Shown: positions 22,560-35,857 of the stretch, piece by piece
How the letters are laid out: each line of letters begins with the position of its first letter
Numbering within the stretch: the first letter of the stretch is position 1
Assembly: GCF_018977255.1 (NCBI RefSeq)
Contig: NW_024704742.1
Span: forward strand, 107,448,001 to 107,512,000
Reading direction: 5' to 3'
Length of the DNA stretch: 64,000 bases
Origin: Callorhinchus milii
Lineage: Eukaryota
Made by a program: the position numbers and the translations under genes
Notes under the pieces: generated by a model
The model's input: the letters and a program-made list of their open reading frames with translations, nothing else
The model's database searches: none
What the model was told of the DNA's origin: nothing

Positions 22560-23230
22560 GTTGCTGGCGGCAGAATTTTGAATTAATTAACCTATGAATG
22601 CTAAAGATGAAGAGACTGGTGAGCAGGGTGTTGGAAATTGTGGTGGTTGGTGATGAATGAGTGGATAAGGGTTTCAGCTGCATTGTGTGTGAGATATGGT
22701 TGGAGTTGGACAATGTGCCAGAAGTGAAGGTAAGGAGGTCTGGTCAGGGGCCAAATATGGGTTAGGAAGGACAGTTGAGGATCAAAGCTGATACTTAGAT
22801 TATACATGGGATAGGTACATCTAAGGCATAGCCATGGAGGTTAAGGAGGTATTGATGAAGCCCAGGAGTATGGCTTCCATCTGGGAAAATTCAGCTGAAG
22901 AAAATTGGTGCTTACCCAGGCCTTGATGTCTGACGAGCAAAAGGACCAAACATCAGTGGACTAAGGGTGTAAACCTGGCGAGGGAGCATGTAAAAGACAA
23001 ATAGGATGGGGCCAAGGTTGGAGCCACAGGTGGCTGCAGTTGAGAATCCATTTGCAGAGATGTAGTGATGGCGGTGGGTCAAGTAGGACTTGAACAGGAA
23101 ACCAGGAAAGTGGTGCCACTGAGATAAATAAGGGAGGAGAGGCAACTGAGAAGAATGCATGATTGACTGTGTTGAAAGCAGCGGAGAGGTCCAGGAGGAA
23201 CAAGGAGGCAGAAGGAGCCCTGGTCACAGA
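22560..23230 (-). mobile_element. Old L2 RT-region fragment
   Basis: [24 protein letters not shown] and FDPQLSFLTHI in shifted frames. Confidence 0.8.
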
Positions 23231-24221
23231 GAAAAAGGATGTGAAAAGCGCTATATCAAATGCAAGGATTATTATTATTATTATGTGATGAAAGGAGCAT
23301 CATCCGTTAATGTTCTATATCCAATATCCACAAAACACAAGCTCCTAGATTCTGAACTGGGAGAAACCACATTGATGGATAATTGACGTGTCATCTGATT
23401 AACTCTGCCAACATCAATTCATTCATTCATATGAAGCTACGAAATGAGGCATGAAACAGCATAGATGCAAAGCTGGTAAGAAAATCAGCAATGGTCTCTG
23501 GGTCAGAGTGGCACAAGTGTTGGTTGGGCTGGCAGGACAAGTCCAAAAATTAGCTTTTGCAAAATGCGTTATTCAGCTGTTTTCACTTTGAAATCCACAC
23601 TCCATTGTGGAGTCCTCTGACACTTTAAATATTATAGGCTCAAGTAGTCTGTTAACTACTTAAGAAGTGTGAAATACTAATCGTTTCAGGTTTGTCATCA
23701 TTGGCTGATGTTTTCTCCTTGATGCTATCGACATCACACTTCTCACAAATCATATTCAGCATTTTTGCAGCTTTTCAATTGTTTAAGGAAGCTTTTCTCC
23801 CAGTTGTTTTTTACAAAAAGAGAAACATGTGACCCAATATTTATTTTAACTGCTGTTCAAATCATACACATTCGTAACACTTTCTTAAGGGCTTGTGCGT
23901 TTTATTTTACCCACACTTCAACTTTCTAATTTAAATAAAGAACGTTTAAACTGGAGGATGAATAGATGAAATTAGCAGAACAATATAATGTTTTTTAAAA
24001 AGAAAGTTAAAAAAAGTTTTCCCTTTAATAGATATTCAATATTGTTAAATAGCAGTTTTCCTTTTACAACCTGCAGTGTCAATTATAATAACAAATCTCT
24101 ATGCATTTTGTTTATAATTGCTCTGTATTTAATTTTTTGTGTCAGTTATAAAGGTCTTGCATCAAATGAGCATCCTCTATAAACCCAAGGGGAACTATTT
24201 TTAATTTAACAGTACTGACGT

Positions 24222-24505
24222 GTTAGCCTGGGTCGGCTGGTGTCACTCTTGCCATGGTATCACTTTTATTTGAATTCATAGCTGAGGGGAGCGCTACATT
24301 GAAATCCGAGGTGCTGTCCTTTGGATGAGATGTTAAACTGAGGTTACGCCTGCCTGTCAAGTGGAACATTAAAGATCCCTAGGCACTATTCGAAAAGAGA
24401 AGGGAGTTTCTTCCTGGGTCCCGGCCAACAACACCCAAGTAAAATTTGTCACTCAGTCCATAGCTGTTTGTAAGTCATTACCGTAAGCATATTGACTGCT
24501 GCAAT
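24222..24505 (+). mobile_element. DeuSINE fragment
   Basis: gaggtgctgtcctttggatgagatgttaaactgagg...aaagatccctaggcactattcgaaaagagaagggag. Confidence 0.75.
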
Positions 24506-24549
24506 TAATAATAATAATAACAACAATTGCCTACATACTGCACTTTAAA

Positions 24550-24830
24550 GAAAAACTCTGGTTTAAAAAAATTGCTGGTATCTGTCCTGAAATTGACTTT
24601 TGCAACTCTATACCTATGACCTCTTCCAATATTTTGGTGCACCCTAAAGCATTGTTCTGGGTTTAGTTTTTCAATCTCACTTAAAATTGTATGCATCTCT
24701 ATAAAGTCGCCTCGGACACTTATCCTCTCAAGACTGAAGTGTTACATCTTGTCTAATCATTGCTCACATAGCTCATTCCTCTAACACTGGGGATCATCCT
24801 CATTGCTTTCCTCTGCACTGCCTCTCAGGC
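24550..24830 (-). mobile_element. Old CR1 3' fragment
   Basis: MHTILSEIEKLNPEQCF...RGHRYR; same subfamily as 35190-35540. Confidence 0.7.
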
Positions 24831-25680
24831 AAATCTCGATCTCTACTCCTTCCCACTTTACTTCTTTTCTGATGATGGCATTTCACAAAGCAATGTGAAA
24901 AAAGTGGCAATGTATGTGTACAAATTTACAATGTGTTTTACAACAACAATGCTTGAGTCAGTACGTGAATCATTAAATTGATTACAAACTAAGTGGTGTC
25001 AGTCGGTACTATAAATCTAGTCTGTTTATTATTATGTGCTGTTACAGTGCTTTCTGTAGTATTTAAAGCATACCCAAAGTGTTTTGTTCCTTTCATGGCT
25101 TTCAAAGAGTTTTACATATGTAGAATGGTTGTCTTTGCAACACAAAGACATGTAGGAGAAGTTCCATCTGAATTGAAACTTGCCTTATTAGCATTTCAAA
25201 GTCAGCAGAATTTGACAAATTCTTAAATTCAGTTTTAATTTTAAAGCTGTTTTTCTGCAATCTTTAAAAGAACCTACAATTATAAGAAAATAGTGTAAGT
25301 TTTGAAATGTTTCTCCTGTAAATAATAATAATCCTTGCATTTAATATAGAATCTTATCATGTCATCGAGGCAGCTCAAAGGGCTTCACAGGATATACTGT
25401 ACAATGTTGTGACTGTGTATTTGGGAGACTCCTATCCTGCACAAAATCTGACTCACAAATAGCATTTGGCAGAAGAGAACCCAACTATTTGAAGAGTTAG
25501 AAGCAGAAACTATTTTTTCCCTAAACTAGTGGCATTTTTTTATGCTAAATGAGATGCCGATAGCACAGAAGGTTTCTCTTTGAAGCTTGATCTTTGATTT
25601 TCTTCATCGTCTTCCTCCTGCAGTGCAGCTCAGATGCCCTTGTCAAGCAATTTTCTTTTATATCAGACTGAGTAAATAGC

Positions 25681-25790
25681 CTGAAACAAAAACAGAAGTC
25701 GTTGGGAACACTCAACAGGTCAGGTAGCATCTATGAAGAAAGGAAAGTGAGTCAACGTTTTGGGACCACGACCCTTCGTCCAGTTCTGAC
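25681..25790 (+). mobile_element. Single arm of the Penelope-type palindromic element
   Basis: Matches 46270-46370 (ctgaaacaaaaacagaagtcgttgggaacactcaacaggtcaggtagcatctatg). Confidence 0.65.
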
Positions 25791-26118
25791 TGGTAAATTG
25801 GTAAATAGCCTGTCTCACCAATGTAATCACCATGTATGTGGTATCTCTATGGAAATCAGACTACAGGTATTCAGTGTCAATTAAATTCAACTTGTAATAC
25901 CTCTAAACAACAAAGAACACAGAGCCATCTGCTTGATTAATGAGGCACAATGATCCTGACTTGTCACTGGGGTCAAGACGTATTGCTGAAGCACAATAAA
26001 ACATGTGGAACTCAGCACAATCTCATATCCAACCTAACTGTGTTTTATAAAGAATTATGTATAATGTAAAGCATACAAACAGGCTATTTAGCCCACACAC
26101 AGTCACTACACTTTACAA

Positions 26119-26614
26119 CAGGGTGGTCCAACTTTTTGGCTGCTGAGGACCTGATCTTGGATTTGAGAAACGTCTGTCGGCTGCATATGCAATATTCTTG
26201 TGCTTTCCTTCCAGAAACATAACCCATAAAAATCATATGTTTTAAATTGTGTAACTGTATTACTTAATTTCATTATATTTGAGTTCCAATGCAAAGTTTA
26301 AATTGACAAAGTAAAATTTCAAACTAAGTTTAAAACAATAATGCAGTTAGTGACGAGGTATCTATCTCTGTGTCTCTCTGTATCTGTGTGTATCTCTGTA
26401 TCTCTATCTGTCTCTGTGTCTTTGCGTGTCTCTGCATCTCTCTTTCTCTGCCTGTTACTGGTTTGAAAGTAATTGACTGACTTTGCCACTAAACACTGCT
26501 GTTTTTCCTATCAAATCAGATCAAACTGGGCTGCGGACACACAGTGCGACTGTGTTCGTGGGCCAGATGAAATCATCCACCAGGCCGGATATGCCACCCA
26601 ATTGGGCCACCCTG
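26119..26614. mobile_element. hAT (Charlie-like) non-autonomous DNA transposon
   Basis: TIRs CAGGGTGGTCCAA / TTGGGCCACCCTG and an 8-bp TSD CTTTACAA (26111-26118) / CTTTACAG (26615-26622). Inserted into a SINE tail; contains an internal (TC/TG)n tract. Confidence 0.88.
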
Positions 26615-26802
26615 CTTTACAGTATATCTTGTGAAGTTCTATGAGATGTCCTCCCTATATGAAACGTGTAATACCAAATGTAAGGATTATTCATATTATG
26701 AATATTAATAGCCAGTCTGTGTTACAGTGTTTTTCTCCACACGAGACTTCACCCCTTTTGATCCCTTTTCCCATACCCCTCTTTTCTCTCCCCCCTCATG
26801 TA

Positions 26803-27136
26803 AGCATCAAGTTTCTTCATATATATATATTGATGCTTTTTCTTCAACGACAACTTCTGGTAATGAGTTCTACAATTCTACAATCTTTGCCTAAAGATGT
26901 TCTTCCTAAATTCTCTATTAGATCTGCTATTGTTTATTCTATATTTATATCCCTTTGTTTGGGACTCAACAGAAATTGGAAACAGCAAATCAATGTCTGC
27001 CTTATCAATGTAATCCTTTCATAATTTTAAACACAGTGTTTGATGAAGACTGGGATAACAAGCAATCAAATGGTCTTCCATTAGCCAAAATTTAGAAGAA
27101 CACAAAAAGGAATTTTTTTTTAATCTTCATTTGTAG
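26803..27136 (+). repeat. Duplicated block, copy 1 (old CR1 piece plus adjacent flank)
   Basis: Colinear with 63673-64000, including the CR1/flank junction. Confidence 0.85.
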
Positions 27137-27379
27137 TAGTCTGTATGTCTCAACCGAAGGACAGGGCCTTTAACAGTGCAAGACTCACCAGCAAAGCATT
27201 GAAATTGAGAAAGAGAAATGCATGTGTTTGCCTTGTGCCTGGCGGTGGACAAGGAGATTGGTTCAAGGCTTAGTCACTCTTAACTAAGGAATATATTTTC
27301 TTGAAAATCTTTTATCAGCAACAGAATGGGGTTGAAACTAATTGAAGAAAAAGGCTGTAAATATGTATGGCACCTTCAC

Positions 27380-27640
27380 ATGGAAATTTCTCTGTGTTTG
27401 GAATGGAATGTGAACTCTCTCCATGCAGGGATGCACTCTAATTCTAGAGAGTAATAGGCGTATGTTGACAAGAGCTAAGGCTTGGGGACCTCAGAGTGTG
27501 TGTGGAGGGTAGTGCAGGAGTCTAACCCGCTAAAACCACATAGTTTGCCATTGAGAGTACAGTCTGGCAAGCTTCCCACTGCTTGCCCAACTAGGACACC
27601 CCCACCCACGAAGGCTTTGGGCAGGATTAATAAGAGTCAA
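27380..27640 (+). repeat. Unclassified ancient interspersed repeat, copy 2 of 3
   Basis: See 12705-13170. Confidence 0.65.
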
Positions 27641-27789
27641 CTGCGAAGATTCCCAGACAACAATCAATGTATTGACTTGTTACTGAACATAAATTCTTCA
27701 CCTCCTCACCACCCGCCTCGATCTTTCCAATGGCCTCCTTGCTGATCTCCCCAACTCCACTATCCACAAAATCCAACTATTTTTGAGGG

Positions 27790-28405
27790 GTGAAGGGAAT
27801 TAGGATGTATCATTAGAGAGGACAAACAAGTTACATAGAGGGCTGTGAGAGACGAATAGCATTGTAATAAGGAGTAATCCAGAAAAAAGGGGGGATTAGA
27901 CGGGGGAGAAATGCAGAACAAACTAAGTCGGTTTGGAGTGCATGAGCGTAAATGCACGGAGTGGATACTTTGCATTTGTCTTCACAAAAGAAGAGGATTG
28001 TACAAAAAGGGGCAGAAGGATAAACCCTGGAACTACAGGCCAGTCAGCCTAACTTCAGTAGTGGGGAAGCTTCTAGAGACTATAATCTGGGACAAAATAA
28101 ATTTTCACTTACAAAAATATGTGTTAATAAAGGACAGCCAACGTGGATTTGTTAAAGGCAAATCATGTCTAAAAACCTGATAGAGTTTTTTGATGAAGTA
28201 ACGGAGAGAGTGGATGAAGGTAGTGCAGTTGCTGTAGTTTATATGGATTTTCAAGTAGTGTTTGATAAAGTGCCACATAGGAGACTTGTAAGCAAAATAG
28301 AAGCCCATGGTATTAAAGGGATAGTGGCAGCATGGATACAGAACTGGCTGGGAGACAGAAAGCAGAGAGTGGTGGTGAACGGTTGTTTTTCTGACTGGAC
28401 TGGAT
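27790..28405 (+). mobile_element. CR1 LINE RT-region fragment
   Basis: NYRPVSLTSVVGKLLETII, GFVKGKSCL, VYMDFQVVFDKVPHRRL and WLGDRKQRVVVNG across a frameshift. Confidence 0.9.
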
Positions 28406-28511
28406 TTTATTCCAGATTATTATTTCATCATTTCCCCAATGGAGTAAAGTTAAATAGCCTAGAAAATCAGATGTGTTCTCCCATTTATATTGTCTATAAG
28501 ATCATGTATCA

Positions 28512-28705
28512 GACTGGCTCAGCTGGTAGCACTCTCACCTCCCAGTCAGAAGGTTGGAACCCATGTCAGAACTTGTAACCCATATAGTCTAGGCTGACGC
28601 TTCAATGCAATGCTGGAGTCTGTGTCGGAGGTGCCATCCTGAGACATTAAACCAAGATCCCACCTGCCTGTCTAGGTGAATGTTAAATATTCCTGTTACC
28701 CTATT
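28512..28705 (+). mobile_element. DeuSINE 5' portion
   Basis: ggctcagctggtagcactctcacctcccagtcagaaggtt...tagtctaggctgac...ggaggtgccatc. Confidence 0.75.
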
Positions 28706-29339
28706 TTAAACACTGTACAAAGTACATATATCTAATAACTGTCACAAATCCTGAGTATTACCTGCTGAATTATAATTTTGTCACTTACTAACTAAACAGT
28801 GAGTTTCAATTGAAACTATGAAAAGAAAGTTCAAAACTCAAATCCACTTTAACATCATGTTATCTCTGGACGTAAGGTGGAAGGGTTAATAAAAAGGAAG
28901 ACAAGGTTTGCAAGGAAGACAAGAATACTAAAGCTTCCACTTCTTGTTTTAAATGTGGACAGTATTATGCAAAGGATGGTATCTAGCCTTGTCTACCTAA
29001 ATGTAACACAGTATCTATAGATATGATAGATGTTCCTTGACAATTTTTACAGGAAACGGGACACAAGGCCAGATTTTAACATCAGCAGAAAAGAATGTGG
29101 GAAGAATGCCAGAGGACAGGCTGTCCTAGTGACTGATAATGCAGTCTTCCTGGAAGCTACAGATGATAGTCTGGCACTTGCAGCTGTCAACAATTCTGGC
29201 CACCACTCAGAGAGGTGGAAGTATGTTCATGCTATGGACATCCCCAGTGGAGTCTGCTCCCTCATGAGGGGCTAGTAGACTCTCTAAAGCTGTTTTGCAC
29301 AATACTGCTAATGTCCCTGTGTATTTTCACATGGATATT

Positions 29340-29720
29340 ACCATGGATGAAGGGCTAGAGTTATGAGGATGAGCTTGAAAATTTGGGGCTGTTTTAACTC
29401 AACCAAAGATTAAGATGGGATCTAAACGAGGTTTTTGTAATTATTAAAGGTTTTAAAAGGATAGTTAATTATTCCATTGCTTGACAAATGGGTAACAGGA
29501 GGATAGAAATTTAAGATAGTCACTGGAAGTTAAATGGGAGGATAAAAGAAAGATTTTCATGTAGAGGATTACCAAAATATGGAATGCTTTGTTACAACTG
29601 TCTATTGAGACTGAGAACATAACAATATTTTGAAGTAATTGGATAAACATTAAAGAGGAAAGAAAATTGCATTAACATTAGTGAATAGGGAAAGAGCAGG
29701 GAATTGGGATTAGAATCCAA
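29340..29720 (+). mobile_element. Old CR1 3' fragment
   Basis: agttatgaggatgagcttg...gatgggatctaaacgaggttttt...tggaatgctttg. Confidence 0.6.
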
Positions 29721-30714
29721 TGTAATTGATTTATATTGCACTTTGTTATAACTTGGGTGCTCTGGGACCCCTCGCTGACTGTCTTCCTACTCACTACCAA
29801 ATGGCAAATGTCTGGATCATCCAATTGCCACTGATGTTATTTCCTGTGCATTAGCTCTGTGATGTGACTTTAGTGATGGGCATTTATTTCCATGTTTAGT
29901 TTTCCCTCACCTTATGGAATCCTCAGTTTGGTTTAGATACTCTTAAGCATGGTGATTGGTTTCCAAATGTTTCAGACACCCAGCTGACCAAACAAAAAGC
30001 ACTTGTAAAGGGATTTTCCCCATTCCAAACACATAAAGTCAAATGTACAATGCTTAATACAACCAGAAATCTCACCCTAGATACTTAAAAGATCTTTTGA
30101 CATCCATGGTCTTGAGAGTCATTCTATTTTGTTTTGTGCATTAAAGTATCCACTGATAAATGTATTGTGATCAATAATTCACAACACTAGTATGCGTTGT
30201 AAATGAACTCATTGAAATGCAACTTAAGACTTTGGAGCTGCCACTTGCCTCCTGATTATCAGCCATTTACACACTGTATGATTGATGATTTTGTAAAATA
30301 TTGGGCAAATGTTACACACAGCAGCTAGAGTATCTCTTGTTCAGTAAATGAATTCCAGAATAATAAAACTCATTATCTCAAAGTTAAAAAAGCAATACAA
30401 TTTAAAAAAAAGTCTAAATCTCAATTTACTGTATAAATTGAAATGAATGGAACTATTTAGATTAATATTGAATGCATAGTGAGAAACATACCAAATTTAA
30501 TCTAAACCTGGATAAGACATGCGTTCAACCTCTAATAAGCTTGTTTTAGTAAAATTGATTAAAAAAATCATTGAAAAAATACTATTCATTGATCTAGAAC
30601 TTTGCTGTGATTAGTTATTTAATGCACATTATTTATGCTGTATTCAAAAATGTGAATAATTCCTATTTCATATAATTCCTATTTATTCCCGCTGTGATGT
30701 CCTTCAACCCTGTT

Positions 30715-31030
30715 GACTCGGCCACTCGTTTTGCTCACCTGGTGCCTGTTTCATGTCCCCTGCTCTATTTGCCTCCAAAATGCCAGGAGGACTTTCAGCC
30801 ATTGCAACCCTGCTCCCTGGAACTCCATCCCAAAGTCCTTCTGACTCGCTCCCTCCCTCACCTTATTGAAGATCAGTCTCAAGAGCTACCTCTTCGACTG
30901 CGCTTTTGGTCATCTCTCTTCTCCCTACTTCCCTCGGCTCACACTGCTAGCTCGGGTGCCCAGTCAGCAGTGTCAAGCACTTTTAGATATCCTTCTGATG
31001 TGAAGTGTGCAGTATAAATGCAAATTGTAT
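30715..31030 (+). mobile_element. Old L2 3' fragment
   Basis: ctctggaactccatccc-like core and tail gatgtgaagtgtgcagtataaatgcaaattg. Confidence 0.6.
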
Positions 31031-34000
31031 TGTAATGTATTTATTCCATTCATTCTAGCAGAATAATTTCCTTACCTTTGCTTACCTACAGAGTGTCTAC
31101 ATCATCAGTGAATAAACGTGTACACATTGGAGCCACTTTTTCAAAGCATCTGAAGGATTCTTATCCCCTGCACCATAAAAGCTGCCTCACTGATTCATTC
31201 AACACATTCACTTATCAACACTTCCCAGCATCAGACAGTCTGTACAACCTCCACACTATTACACATCACGTGGATAATTTCTGAATCATTCTCTAATTCG
31301 CCAATGAAAACAGTTTGATAATCTGTCAGGTCTCATGTGACTGGCCTAACCCGTGATATCAAAAGAAAACACTGCATCTGTGAGACAAAGAAACTTTGTA
31401 TAATATAAACCATAGTAAATGTCTCACAGGAATGTACACACTAATCTAGTCTTGCGGCATCAGTGATGAACAAACTGCTAAACTGAATTAGTGTCAGACA
31501 CACGTCTTCAGAATTTTCTACATAACAGTATTGATGCAAATTTAAATTTAGGGCAATCTGTGTGTAAAAACTGAATGGTTTGATCATTCCCACCCATTAT
31601 AATTATCATTTTGTTGATAAATGTGGTCAGCAAGTCCTTTTAATAACTAAAGAAAGCCAACAACTAATGCACGTGACTCCCCTTTTCCACACAATACTGT
31701 CTCAGTGGTTGGGCCTGAAGCCAGGTGGCATCACGCTGTGCTTCTGAACCATGTATCACAGTATTGCAGTGCTAATTTACAAGATATAAATTTTACTTAA
31801 CTTTCAAGCAGATAACCTGCAAATTGGCACCCCAGTATGTGGGTCAGAAGTACATTGCTTGTGGTGTACAGGCTCGCTTTGGGGCCAATTGTTGTGATGG
31901 ATTCAGGGAAAGAGGAGGCAAATCAATCTTTAGTTGTCAAATGTTTTTAGTTATCTGTCTATCTGGCCAATACCGCTATAAAACTGTTGGAGTTTTGCAA
32001 TAATCCTCTCTTCTCTATGCCTTCCCAGTGATGGTTCATAACACCTGTAAAATCATTCTCAGAACCAGTGGGATTTTCAAGAAGAAAGCATGTTTGAAAC
32101 AAACATCTTCAAGTGATCCCTTTCCTATCAGGAGCAATTCCTAGACTGTTTGGGAAAGAGACCTTAGAAGATGTGAGCAAGTTTGAAAGGGAAGCAGAAG
32201 GTATCTACTTTCACATTAAACCATAGTAAAAATATGCAATTCTATGAAATGCTTGAGAAAAGCCAGCCTTCAGTGACTGTGCTGTGCCAGAGAGGTGACT
32301 GTGAAGAAACACAGATCCTTTACAGTGAAAAATGGTCAACGTTGAGCCTTCAGTAACAATAATAAGTGTCATTTCCTTTCTAGATAGATAACTGTACAGT
32401 CAGCAGCAAAAGAGTTACAACACAGGAAATTAAGCTGAACACTTATTCTCATCACAACTTGTACTGTCACTGATAGAAGGAACCGGACTAATAGGCACAA
32501 CAGGATAGAGAAGGATATAGCCAAAAGCCATAGATACAATACAATTTATGTTTATATCTAGCGCCTTTCATGTTGGAATACAGGTATGTCTAAAGGCGCC
32601 TAGATGAGCCAGGGATATAAATGTCATTTGGTTCAGTTGTAAACAGTCTGAGGCAGAAGGTTATAGATTTTAGCCCTGTTTCACATTAGTGCAGTGATGA
32701 GGGAGCGCTGCATTATCAGAGATGTCATTTTAGGATGAGACACATATCCAAGCACCTATTTCTTAAGTGTAGTGACTGTTTTTGTAGATAAACGTGGGAG
32801 CCATGTGAACCAGCAAGGTCTCACGTATAGCCAAGAGGTGATCAATTCATTTGGAGGATTGGTGGCCACAACACTTGTCCGTTCAGGTAAACAGTAAAGA
32901 TCCCATGACCCTATTCGAAAGAGAAGGGAGTTTCTCCTGGTCAAAGGAAGAAGGTGTACAGGGTTTTTTGGGGCCTAATCTAGCTCGCAGGAGTCACATC
33001 TGGCAAAACTGTGCTACTTTGCAGTAATTCCAAGATACTGTTGATAGGCAAGCTTGAAGGTCTTTAACATGTTCTCATCATTGCAGGCCAAAGTCCTATT
33101 ATATAGACAAAAACCATGCCTACAATGTTTGAGTTCTAGGTCTATGAAAGTCTGTTTTCAAACCCAAACCTGAATACTCATGTGGGTGGGAGAGTTCTAT
33201 CTTACATTAATTTCCCATTAGAATGTTGCAACATAAAGATTGGCATTTTTAGCAAACAGTGTTAGATATTTAACATCAATTTAGCCATTGTGTTCCTTAC
33301 CGTAGTCCTCTGGAAGATTGCATTGCGCTAACCCTTGTTCATAGCTCAAAGTGTGGGCAAACTACACACCCTAGTGGTAGAAAAAACATGTCTTGATTGG
33401 CATGAGGAAACAGTGGTTCTTTTTTGCCCATTATTTTTACCCCACCAAAGATCTATTTGGCTCAAAAGTCCAAGTACGGCCTTATGTACCTACACATTAA
33501 GATTGAATATAGCTATCAATAATAATAATAATATTCTTTACATTTGTTATTGCATCTTTCGCATTGGGAAGTTGTCTCAAAGAGATTTACGGGAAGTGTA
33601 CCGTGAAGTGTAGTCACTGTATTTTGTAGGTGAAATATCACTTTAAGTGGGAGTTGGAGTATCAGGGTGTCAATCCAACTGTTTAGGTCCTGTAGAGCCA
33701 AAGTAATACACGTTCCATGTTCTCAACTCTGCTTTAAATTTAATACAGATGTCTACTTTAGATAAATGGAAACTATCCAAGAGCAACATTTAATGGATCA
33801 TTATTATTCAAAGAGGGGTTATTGTGCACAACCCTTATCTCCAACACTGGAAAGCATGATTCTGGGAAATCTATAATTTACATTGAAAAACTGGCATGTA
33901 TCTGATCCAATGTTCATTAGTTTAAAATGATCTATAACAAGATGAAATTGTTATTGTTTACTCAGCTGCTTAATTGGTCCCCATCTCTTTCAATATTTAA

Positions 34001-34739
34001 TCATTTTTATTCTAAGAAATGGATCCAGATTGTTCAACGGAGAGTTAAATGTTAGTTTAACTCAGAAACAAAATATCTAAGGAATGAAATCAGGAATTGA
34101 AGATGGATTAATATTCAGAAGAGAATTTGGTTTGACAAATAGAATGACACATGAAATTAAGGCACAAACTATTGTAAGACCTAAGTGGAGCAGAATTCAA
34201 TTATTTTGTTCTAATTTATAGTTTGCAAAGTATTAAAGAATAATTGGGGTCTCTGAAGAATGAAATAGACTTTTCAATAGTAGAGCTTAGATGACATTTT
34301 GATTAAGTTTTTTCCATTTTACATCTGATTATTGATTCCATTAATTTTCCAGTTATTAAGGTCAGTCTAATGGGACTGTCGTTGTTAAATTTGTCTCTGC
34401 TACTATTCTTGAGTATGAGAATCATACTTGGTTCTATCCTTTCTTTCTGTTGGAATAAACACACTATCAGTGGTTCACAAAACTCTGTCAAAATATCCTG
34501 AGGAGAGTTCATCTGCCCTGGAGAATTTATTAGTTTTTGGCCTCTTGACTAACTCTAATATCATCATATTACTAAATTCAGAAAGTCAAACTCTAATTTG
34601 TTTAGTGTCTTTGGCTAAAAAACAATCATCCAAGAAATAGTCATTTACATTCACTATTTTCTGTTCATCTTTATTTTCAGCTTCGTTTTGGACATGTTAG
34701 AGTTTCTTTTCCCTCTTCAATCCGCTTAGAATCATAGAA

Positions 34740-35540
34740 TTAAGAAATTAATGGAATTGAGCTTGCCAAGGAGGAAGGTGAAAAGGATCCAGCAATGTTA
34801 GTTGACTTGTTCACTATGTAAAAATAATATGAGTCAGCAACGAACAAGGCAAACAGGATGCTGAGCTATATTGTTAAATCATTTGAGTTTCGATCCCTAG
34901 ACATTATTCTCAGGTGGCTGCACCTTGAATACTGCATACAATGCTGGTCACTGTGATATAAGGGGTCCTGTCCAGCCCTTAGAGGCAGTTAATGCAAGTG
35001 TGAAACTCAACTGATTTAACAATATAACTCGGCTTCTTGTTTGCCTTGTTTATTTCTACCTCACATTATTTTAACAGAGTGAACAAGTCAATTAACACCA
35101 CTGGAACTGTTTCACCTTCCTCCTTGGCAAATTCAATTCCATTCATTTAGTACTTATGCTTAGAAATTAATGCAAGTAATTTTATGTGGTGCAGAGGAGA
35201 GCAAAGAGGATGATCCTCAGTGTTAGAGGAATGAGCTATGTGCAATGACTAGACAAGCTAGGGCTCTTCTCGAGAAGATGACTCAGAGGGGATCTCATAG
35301 AGGTGTACACGATTCTAAATGGGATTGAAGAAGTAAACCCAGATCAATACTTCAGGATGCATCATGTAAATAGAATAAGAGGACATAGGTTCAGAATTGT
35401 AAATGGCAATTTCAGGACAGATACAAAGGCATTTTTCTTAACACAGAAGGTAATCAATGCCTGGAACAGGTTGCCAGAAAAGGCCAAGACTCATTTGCAA
35501 AGCAGCCTGATGAAGTGATAGTGGAATGGTGGATGTTCTG
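34740..35540 (+). mobile_element. Old CR1 3' fragment interrupted by an inverted insertion (34990-35187)
   Basis: caccttgaatactgcatacaatgctggtc and MYTILNGIEEVNPDQYF...RGHRFRI...FLTQKVINAWNRLP. Confidence 0.8.
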
Positions 35541-35544
35541 GAGG

Positions 35545-35857
35545 AATAATAATAATCCTTGCAGTTGATATAGCGCTTTTTCACGTCTTCTAGACATCTC
35601 AAAGTGCTTCAAAGAATAGACTGTAAAGTGAATTGACTATATTTGAGGGTGAAATGCGGCAGCCAATTGCACACATCAGTGTCCCACAAACAGTCATGGT
35701 TTGAAGTGACCAATTTATTATTGTTTTACTTTTCTTGAAGGATTATTATCAGGTGTGTGGAGTAAGGAAACTTGGCCAAGGTTTCACCCTGTCGGGAATC
35801 AAACCCAGGTCTCTCGCTTGCAAAGCGAGTGATCTAACCACTGAGCTACAGGATTCC
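35545..35857 (-). mobile_element. tRNA-Ala-derived SINE, short variant, full length
   Basis: Same structure as 22137-22460; anticodon loop TTTGCAA. Confidence 0.9.

Noticed and set aside
25100..25950. Possible leftward extension of the 26.8k/63.7k duplication to ~62900-63250
   Set aside because: Only scattered short word matches; needs a real alignment.
29030..29275. 81-aa ORF
   Set aside because: No recognisable homology or exon signals.
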